The position numbers and the translations under genes were made by a program. A stretch of DNA of 24,103 nt from an uncultured Nitrososphaerota archaeon. GTDB taxonomy: Archaea; Asgardarchaeota; Njordarchaeia; Njordarchaeales; Njordarchaeaceae. The stretch spans positions 1 through 24,103 of the forward strand of contig CAZFGR010000017.1 of assembly GCA_964518475.1 (NCBI GenBank), given 5' to 3'. This document shows positions 18,032 through 24,103 of this stretch, in pieces (position 1 is the first letter of the stretch; the number at the start of each line of letters is the position of its first letter). Under the pieces are notes generated by a model that was not told the origin of the DNA, searched no databases, and saw only the letters and a program-made list of their open reading frames with translations.

Positions 18032-18817
18032 GTGGAATATCTTTTGAGTAGAAATCTCCTAAGAAAAATCGCGGTATCACTAACCATGTTCTCCGTAGCT
18101 TACTCACTCATAGTACATTTCTACACAAGATACTCTACAGCACCTATAACTCTCCTCCACTCACTCTTCTTCCTAATCCCAATAATAGTGCTCTTAGACG
18201 CCATATCCTCGTGGAGGATAGAAGATCTAGGAAAACTTTTCACACTATCCTTCCTAATAGGTCTATTATCCGAGATAACGGGGATACTATACGGCTTCCC
18301 GTTCGGCAAATACCACTACTCAGAAATATTCCCGTACAAACTCTTTGGACTAGTCCCAATAGAAATCCCACTCTACTGGTTCGTAATCATGTACACATCA
18401 ATCAGAATAACAGACATAATAACAAAGAATACCATCTCGCAAACAATCAAAAGTTCTAAACAAGTACTACTAATCTCACTAATAGACGCAGTCTGCGCCA
18501 CATCCTGGGACTTAATAATGGATCCAGTAATGGTAAATATCCTAGGCGCATGGATATGGGAAATTCCAGGAATAATTTACGGAATACCCATCACAAACTT
18601 CATAGGATGGTTAATAGTAACCTATACAATATCCCTAACATTCAGAACAATAAGAAAAGAAACCATAACACAAAACACAATAGTCCCAGGAATCATCTAT
18701 TTTCAACTATGGTACGTAATGGTCGAAACAGCACTAATCAATAACATGCTCGAGATAACATGGATAGGCTCACTAGCCATGCTCTTCATCCTCTCAATAT
18801 ACTTTATTAATGTTTAA
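18032..18817 (+). CDS. CruF-like / DUF422 membrane protein (carotenoid 1,2-hydratase family)
   Basis: SEITG..GFPFGKYHY, GLVPIEIPLYW, WDLIMDPV, GIPITNFIGW. Confidence 0.8.
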   Translation: MEYLLSRNLLRKIAVSLTMFSVAYSLIVHFYTRYSTAPITLLHSLFFLIPIIVLLDAISSWRIEDLGKLFTLSFLIGLLSEITGILYGFPFGKYHYSEIFPYKLFGLVPIEIPLYWFVIMYTSIRITDIITKNTISQTIKSSKQVLLISLIDAVCATSWDLIMDPVMVNILGAWIWEIPGIIYGIPITNFIGWLIVTYTISLTFRTIRKETITQNTIVPGIIYFQLWYVMVETALINNMLEITWIGSLAMLFILSIYFINV

Positions 18818-19019
18818 ACACCCTATTTTGAGGGTGTGCGTTTTTTGTTTGCGTGTTCAGTAAGTATGTTCTTTGGTTTTCTTAGCAAGATTTATATGAG
18901 TTGGAAGGTTTTTAGATTAAACCGTGAGGATTAATGAAGGATTGTTGATATATTATTTTCCAGGATTTCCTGATGGATATCTATTAGTTTGGGTGTAGGG
19001 ATTTTTCTCGGGATGGTTT

Positions 19020-19676
19020 ATGCTGGTTGGGTATTTGGTTGATATTCATGGTCGTAAAGATGCGTTAAGACGTGTTTTGGAGAGACTTAAGGATGTTAGT
19101 GTTGAATTGGTTGTTGTTGGTGGGGATGTCACGGATTTTGATCCCGTATCGACTGCTATGGGTATTCTTGAGATGATCAAGGATTCTCTGGGTGTTAATG
19201 TGTATTTTATCCCCGGTAACTGTGACGATAGGCGTCTTCTGGAGTGGAGTGGGGAAGGGATCTATAATCTTCACTTGAAGGAGTATAGGGTGGGGGATCT
19301 TCTCCTATTTGGTTTAGGGGGTAGCAACGTTACGCCGTTCCATACTAATATAGAGTGGAGTGAGGATGAGATTAGAAAAATGTTGGAGGGACGGGATCTC
19401 GGGGAACGAAGCATCTTTGTTTCTCATGGTCCTCCGTATGGTACGAGACTTGACAAGGTAATGAGGATTAAGCATGTTGGTAGTAAGGAGCTTAGGAAGT
19501 TTATAGAGGAGAAGCAGCCATTGCTTGTATTAACTGGACATATTCACGAGAGTGCGGGGATTGATAGGATAGGTAGGTCTGTCCTAGTTAACCCAGGGCC
19601 TGCTAGGTCTGGGAGATACGCAGTAATAGAACTTATTCCCAATGAGGAGCCTAAGGTACGGATGAGTAAAGTGTAG
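19020..19676 (+). CDS. Calcineurin-like metallophosphoesterase (Icc-related)
   Basis: DIHG, GGDVTD, PGNCD, SHGPP, GHIHE, NPG. Confidence 0.92.
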   Translation: MLVGYLVDIHGRKDALRRVLERLKDVSVELVVVGGDVTDFDPVSTAMGILEMIKDSLGVNVYFIPGNCDDRRLLEWSGEGIYNLHLKEYRVGDLLLFGLGGSNVTPFHTNIEWSEDEIRKMLEGRDLGERSIFVSHGPPYGTRLDKVMRIKHVGSKELRKFIEEKQPLLVLTGHIHESAGIDRIGRSVLVNPGPARSGRYAVIELIPNEEPKVRMSKV

Positions 19677-19928
19677 GAAAAGGCTTAATTATTCCTTTTT
19701 CACGCGTTTTTAGATACATGTTTGGTCAAGTCTCAATCACCTAAATTCTTTAATGATTTAGAGGTACGAAATCCATAGTTCCTAACGAAATGGATCATCT
19801 GAAGCGGTTTTCTAAGAGAAAAAGTTATAGAGAGTAAATTAAGTGAAAATAATAGGGTCTCATTCTATACTGAACATGACTTGAAAATCTCTTTAAACGC
19901 CTCTATGGTAGAATAGGAGTTGTTCTTT

Positions 19929-20603
19929 ATGATTAATAAGGAGAAATGGACTCATATCCAGCAATTGCAGAAAGGCAAACACTTAATGAGTAAGCTCCAT
20001 AAACCCCTCGAAGACATCATAGTATACCTTCTCTATGACTTAGACTTTATCTCCGCCGATCATATCTCGATAATCACATATATTCTAGCATTCTACGTTG
20101 CATACCTCTTTCTCAAAACAAACATCCTATATGCTCTAATCTTAGCCTTCATAGTAGGGATCCTAGATGGTGTCGATGGGAAAATCGCGCGGTTAAGGAA
20201 GAGGAAAACATATATTGGGAAACTAGAGCACAGCATGGATATGCTCTATGAACAGACATGGTACGCAACCTATACCTGGTGTCTCTGGACTCTCTACAGT
20301 TCTTCGCAATACCTAGCTCTTGGAATGATATTCTTGATATTGGATAGCTTCGTTAGACACATATACAATACTTTCTGGATAGCGACTGGTAAATCTCTAA
20401 AATACTCTGGAGGAATAGCGGAAAAAATAACTATGATAGATGGGAGGCGCTCAGTATATGTTTTACACATGATCATATGGTACATTATTGGGAAATTCAA
20501 CTACTCCATATACACAATCCTAATACACTGCGGCGCCACGGCTATAGCATACTTCATAATCTCCATGAAGTACCTTTACAAGACAACAAATCTGCCAAAT
20601 TAA
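19929..20603 (+). CDS. CDP-alcohol phosphatidyltransferase family protein
   Basis: SADHIS, LDGVDGKIAR..GKLEHSMD; multi-TM. Start taken at ATG 19929. Confidence 0.85.
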   Translation: MINKEKWTHIQQLQKGKHLMSKLHKPLEDIIVYLLYDLDFISADHISIITYILAFYVAYLFLKTNILYALILAFIVGILDGVDGKIARLRKRKTYIGKLEHSMDMLYEQTWYATYTWCLWTLYSSSQYLALGMIFLILDSFVRHIYNTFWIATGKSLKYSGGIAEKITMIDGRRSVYVLHMIIWYIIGKFNYSIYTILIHCGATAIAYFIISMKYLYKTTNLPN

Positions 20604-20782
20604 AAACGGCTTAGCCAAATACTGGGTACTTCTAAGACCAGAAAAATAGGGAAAATATCGCCTTTCTTTTTCCTCGTTAAAGATTGTTTGTGGTTATGTT
20701 ACTCGGAATAGGCGAAAATTTTATATCTTGTGATGAGTGAACTGCAATATTCTATAGTTATTCTTCAGTGCAATGGTGTTAG

Positions 20783-21817
20783 TTGATGATAAATGATATC
20801 ATAGTCGCCGAAAAATTGAGGAAGATCTATAGGATAAAGGTTTCAAAAGGGCTCTTTAGGAAATCCCTGAAAGAGATCCATGCCCTAAAAGGAGTTGACC
20901 TCAGAGTCAAAGAAGGAGAAATCTTTGGGTTGCTAGGACCTAACGGTGCAGGGAAGACAACCCTCATAAAGATCCTTACCACATTATTACTACCAGATGA
21001 TGGGCGAGCACTGGTTAACGGCTATGATGTTGTGAAAGAGTCTAGAAAAGTTCGTGCTTCTATCGGAGTTATGCTAATGGGTGAGCGGAGTCTTTACTGG
21101 AAACTTACTGGTAGAGAAAATCTCGAATACTTCGGTTCCTTATATAGTTTATCGGGAGAGGCTCTTAAGAAACGGGTGAACGAAGTAATAGAGTTCGTGG
21201 GCATCAAGGATTTCGCAGATAGGTTGGTTGAGACCTATAGCAGTGGGCAGAAAATGTTGTTAGCATTCGCAAAGGCATTAATAAACGATGCACCACTCCT
21301 GTTTCTGGATGAACCTACTGTTGCTATGGATCCGAGAAACGCTGCTCTTATCAGGGAGAAAATCAAGCTGCTTAGGGACGAGTTTGGTAAAACAATATTT
21401 CTTACGACACATCTAATGCATGAGGCTGAGATGTTATGTGACAGAGTAGCTATTATTGATGTTGGACAGATACTGGCTGTAGGGTCTCCACAAGAACTCA
21501 AGGCTACTTTGCGAGGAAAAAGCTCTATTGAAATAGATGTGAAGTTAGATAGAATAGATGAGGTAATCCCAGCTATTAGGGCAATAGATGACGTGATCGA
21601 TGTAGCCTCGTCTTACGTAAAGGTTAACGGAATAGATGCTGTGAGAATAAGAGTCCTTTGCAATTCGCCCAGAACTCTGCTTCCAGACATCATCGAGTTA
21701 CTAGTAAAGAAAAGCATTGATGTATTATATGTTAATCCCCAAGAACCAACACTAGAGGACGTCTTCATGTACTATACTGGAAGATTATTGACCGAGGATA
21801 CTCGCCAAGGGGTGTAA
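20783..21817 (+). CDS. ABC-2 exporter ATP-binding subunit
   Basis: GPNGAGKTT, YSSGQ, FLDEPT, TTH, PTLEDVF. Confidence 0.93.
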   Translation: MMINDIIVAEKLRKIYRIKVSKGLFRKSLKEIHALKGVDLRVKEGEIFGLLGPNGAGKTTLIKILTTLLLPDDGRALVNGYDVVKESRKVRASIGVMLMGERSLYWKLTGRENLEYFGSLYSLSGEALKKRVNEVIEFVGIKDFADRLVETYSSGQKMLLAFAKALINDAPLLFLDEPTVAMDPRNAALIREKIKLLRDEFGKTIFLTTHLMHEAEMLCDRVAIIDVGQILAVGSPQELKATLRGKSSIEIDVKLDRIDEVIPAIRAIDDVIDVASSYVKVNGIDAVRIRVLCNSPRTLLPDIIELLVKKSIDVLYVNPQEPTLEDVFMYYTGRLLTEDTRQGV

Positions 21818-21823
21818 GGAGCA

Positions 21824-22651
21824 ATGCTAGAGGTCATAAAAGCGGTTTTCAAACTTAGATGGAAGTACACAGTAAGGTATCCAGGATGGGCTATCTTCTT
21901 TATCTTCGTCCCAATAGTGTTCTCATTGATACCGATAATCCTCGGATGGGCAGTTGCTGGAGGGCCTCAGCAAGCAACTATAAACTTTAAACTACGAGTA
22001 GGGACGGAGAATTACACGTTATTCATGATTCTAGGATCCGCTGTATGGGTTCTCAGTATAGGAGTTATGTGGGATTTCGGGATGTGGCTTAGAGAAGAGC
22101 AGGAAATGGGGACGCTGGAGCAATTATTATTAACTCCCGCTAATATCTATCATATCTTACTGGGGTCAACGATTTTCACCGTTGCGTTATCTGCGACTCA
22201 GTTTATATCCGTGATCCTTTTTGGAGGATTAATGTTTGGATTTCTTCCAGAATTAGCAAAACCATCAACACTCTTAGCGATTCTCTACCTCGTACTAGGA
22301 ATAGTCCCCCTAACAGGGTTCGCGTTACTAATTGGTTGCTTGATAGTTAGTATCAGGGAAGCCGAGGCAATAATTCGTCTCTTAGAACCAATAATAGCAT
22401 TCCTTGTAGGGGTCTTTTACCCCATAACAATAATGCCTAGTTTCGTGAAATACTTAGCACTTCTAATACCGTTAACGATCTCGCTACAAGACATGAGAGC
22501 CGTTATTCTAGAGCTAGATTACGTGTTTAACCCATACCTAGATATGATGATCCTCCTAACGTACTGCATAGTATGGCCCAGCATAGCAATGATTACTTAT
22601 AGATATGTTGAAAGAAAAGCCAAGAAGGAGGGTGGTTTAGGTGGTTATTAG
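21824..22651 (+). CDS. ABC-2 type permease
   Basis: EQEMGTLEQLLLTP, GVFYPITIMP, PLTISLQDMR. Confidence 0.9.
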   Translation: MLEVIKAVFKLRWKYTVRYPGWAIFFIFVPIVFSLIPIILGWAVAGGPQQATINFKLRVGTENYTLFMILGSAVWVLSIGVMWDFGMWLREEQEMGTLEQLLLTPANIYHILLGSTIFTVALSATQFISVILFGGLMFGFLPELAKPSTLLAILYLVLGIVPLTGFALLIGCLIVSIREAEAIIRLLEPIIAFLVGVFYPITIMPSFVKYLALLIPLTISLQDMRAVILELDYVFNPYLDMMILLTYCIVWPSIAMITYRYVERKAKKEGGLGGY

Positions 22652-23498
22652 AGACGCTATGAAAAACATAAGACTCCTAGGGCGAATGTCTCTTTACCTA
22701 TTAAGGATCTCTCTAAGATACCCAGTAAACTTTGTAGCCGACTTCATAGAACTTAGCTTCTGGATCCTAGTATTTTATTTTCCAGTAATCCTCTTCCTGC
22801 CACAGCAAGCTATGGAAGGATCAGCGTCTCCAGTTCTATACACTCTTTGGGGGTTCTTTATCTTCATGCTAATAAGTGATACTATTTGGTCAATAGCTGG
22901 TGGGCTAAGATATGATCAAATGACGGGGATCCTAGAGCAGAACTTTCTAGCCCCCATAAACGAGTTTATCTACCCATTAGCGAGGCTCTTCAGAATCTTT
23001 ATAAGAGACATTCCCATCCTAATCGCATTCCCGATAATTTTCTGGGCAATAACTGGGTTTTTCCTAATAAAAAACCTGGCACTAGCAATGTACATACTAG
23101 CAGTATCCCTTATGGGGTTCATAGGATTCGGATACCTCTACGCCGGCCTAGTCCTGACAATGAAAAGATCAGCAATGAGTGCCAACGTAATCCAATTCCT
23201 AATAATGATATTCTCAGCGGTATTCTATCCATTCAAAGCCTTACCAGAACCAATGCTAACGATCTCCAAACTTCTACCATTCTCATATTACATAGACTTG
23301 TTCAGAACAACAATAATAGGGACACAGCCAGAACTAATAACAGAGCCGATGAATATCCTGGGAATAACTCTCTCACCATTCATAGCAGAACTAATCCTAA
23401 TTCACATATTCACGGCAATTTTCCTTGCAATAGGAGCTATAACGTATGAGAAAATGTTGATCAAAGCCAAGAGAGAAGGAACACTACACACTTATTAG
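22641..23498 (+). CDS. ABC-2 type permease (second subunit)
   Basis: DQMTGILEQNFLAP, SAVFYPF, PFSYYIDLFR. Confidence 0.9.
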   Translation: MVIRDAMKNIRLLGRMSLYLLRISLRYPVNFVADFIELSFWILVFYFPVILFLPQQAMEGSASPVLYTLWGFFIFMLISDTIWSIAGGLRYDQMTGILEQNFLAPINEFIYPLARLFRIFIRDIPILIAFPIIFWAITGFFLIKNLALAMYILAVSLMGFIGFGYLYAGLVLTMKRSAMSANVIQFLIMIFSAVFYPFKALPEPMLTISKLLPFSYYIDLFRTTIIGTQPELITEPMNILGITLSPFIAELILIHIFTAIFLAIGAITYEKMLIKAKREGTLHTY

Positions 23499-23552
23499 AA
23501 CACACTCATTAACTTCTTCATCTCTTGTTATGAAAGGGCTCTTTTTTCAAAA

Positions 23553-24103
23553 CTACATTAAATCTTCCACTGTGTATATCTTTACTCCGTTCATCTCCGC
23601 GAACTCTTTAGCTTTCTCCTCGATAAATGGTGTCACTATCACCAAACTAGGCTTAACTTTCTCGATCCTCTCATACAACTCACTTATCCTAAGCAACTCC
23701 GCTACATCACTTTTTCTCACATGAGACTTTATCTCGACAAGAATATGCTCCCTATCCCTAATTATCAGATCAACTTCTATTCTGGCGGGTTTCCCGTAAA
23801 CAATACCGTCCTCATCAAAAGCTTCCCACCTAGAAACCTTAGCACCAAATTTCTCCGAAAGCAAACCTCTCAGAGCATTACGAACAGCGGACTCATTCAT
23901 TAGACCCCAACGAGCACCTAGAGACGACAACTTAATATCAAAAGCCTTCATCCCCCTATTGAAGTCTTCTCGCAGCTCTTCCATGCGCTTCTCGAGCATC
24001 GTTACGCGCCTGTCGAAGGCTTCGAACTGTCTATTGAAGTCTTCGCGTAGCTCTTCCATGCGCTTCTCGAGCATCGTTACGCGCCTGTCGAAGGCTTCGA
24101 ACT
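23553..24103 (-). CDS. Coiled-coil repeat protein with C-terminal PD-(D/E)XK domain (DUF3782-like); 5' end outside the window
   Basis: LGARWGLMNESAVR, EVDLII, LVEIKS; N-terminal coiled-coil repeats run to the window edge. Confidence 0.85.
   Translation of the reverse strand, partial: FEAFDRRVTMLEKRMEELREDFNRQFEAFDRRVTMLEKRMEELREDFNRGMKAFDIKLSSLGARWGLMNESAVRNALRGLLSEKFGAKVSRWEAFDEDGIVYGKPARIEVDLIIRDREHILVEIKSHVRKSDVAELLRISELYERIEKVKPSLVIVTPFIEEKAKEFAEMNGVKIYTVEDLM
23956..24103. repeat. 75-bp coding tandem repeat (25 aa, MLEKRMEELREDFNRQFEAFDRRVT), at least about 2 copies
   Basis: 23956-24030 recurs from 24031 with only synonymous differences; truncated at the window end. Confidence 0.92.

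Noticed and set aside
18924-18975. Possible second C/D sRNA (GTGAGGA..CTGA); also GTGATGA at 20730
   Set aside because: No convincing C'/D' pair or properly spaced D box.
985-23903. Short ORF-track entries overlapping longer genes (e.g. 985-1251, 5432-5647, 6960-7160, 12006-12221, 15888-16157, 18211-18459, 21235-21501, 23530-23724)
   Set aside because: Antisense or alternate-frame shadows of well-supported genes, with no motifs.

Overview
Chromosomal window from an archaeon, probably a (hyper)thermophile, judged from the ThiD-ThiN fusion, a box C/D sRNA, GGAGG/GGTGA ribosome-binding sites, an acylaminoacyl peptidase and a DUF3782-type coiled-coil nuclease. It opens in the right end of an IS5-like element and closes inside a 75-bp coding tandem repeat, so it may be a whole contig. 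It holds housekeeping and envelope genes (thiDN, PAP2, DedA, CDP-alcohol phosphotransferase, metallophosphoesterase, CruF-like, S9 peptidase), two paralogous ABC-2 exporter operons with two permeases each (one PadR-led), a VapBC pair and a decayed ~1.07-kb IS. Two AT-rich, IS-adjacent islets encode secreted proteins. The strongest unexplained signal is that two unrelated secreted-protein genes (760-aa ORF at 146-2428; subtilase remnant at ~12862-13213) share one 5' architecture. It consists of short direct repeats, a GCCACCAC..N21-25..GTGGTGGC hairpin with the SD in the loop and the GTG start in the 3' arm, and a poly-T tract in the signal-peptide region that is one T too long for that start. 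This suggests a candidate translational lock plus slippage switch. The 760-aa protein also appears to have a GGG|CPYxxxWDG domain inserted into a CBM-like fold and a C-terminal hydrophobic hairpin, and it is paired with a membrane-anchored prenyltransferase-repeat protein. All family calls are from motif recognition by eye; no searches were run.
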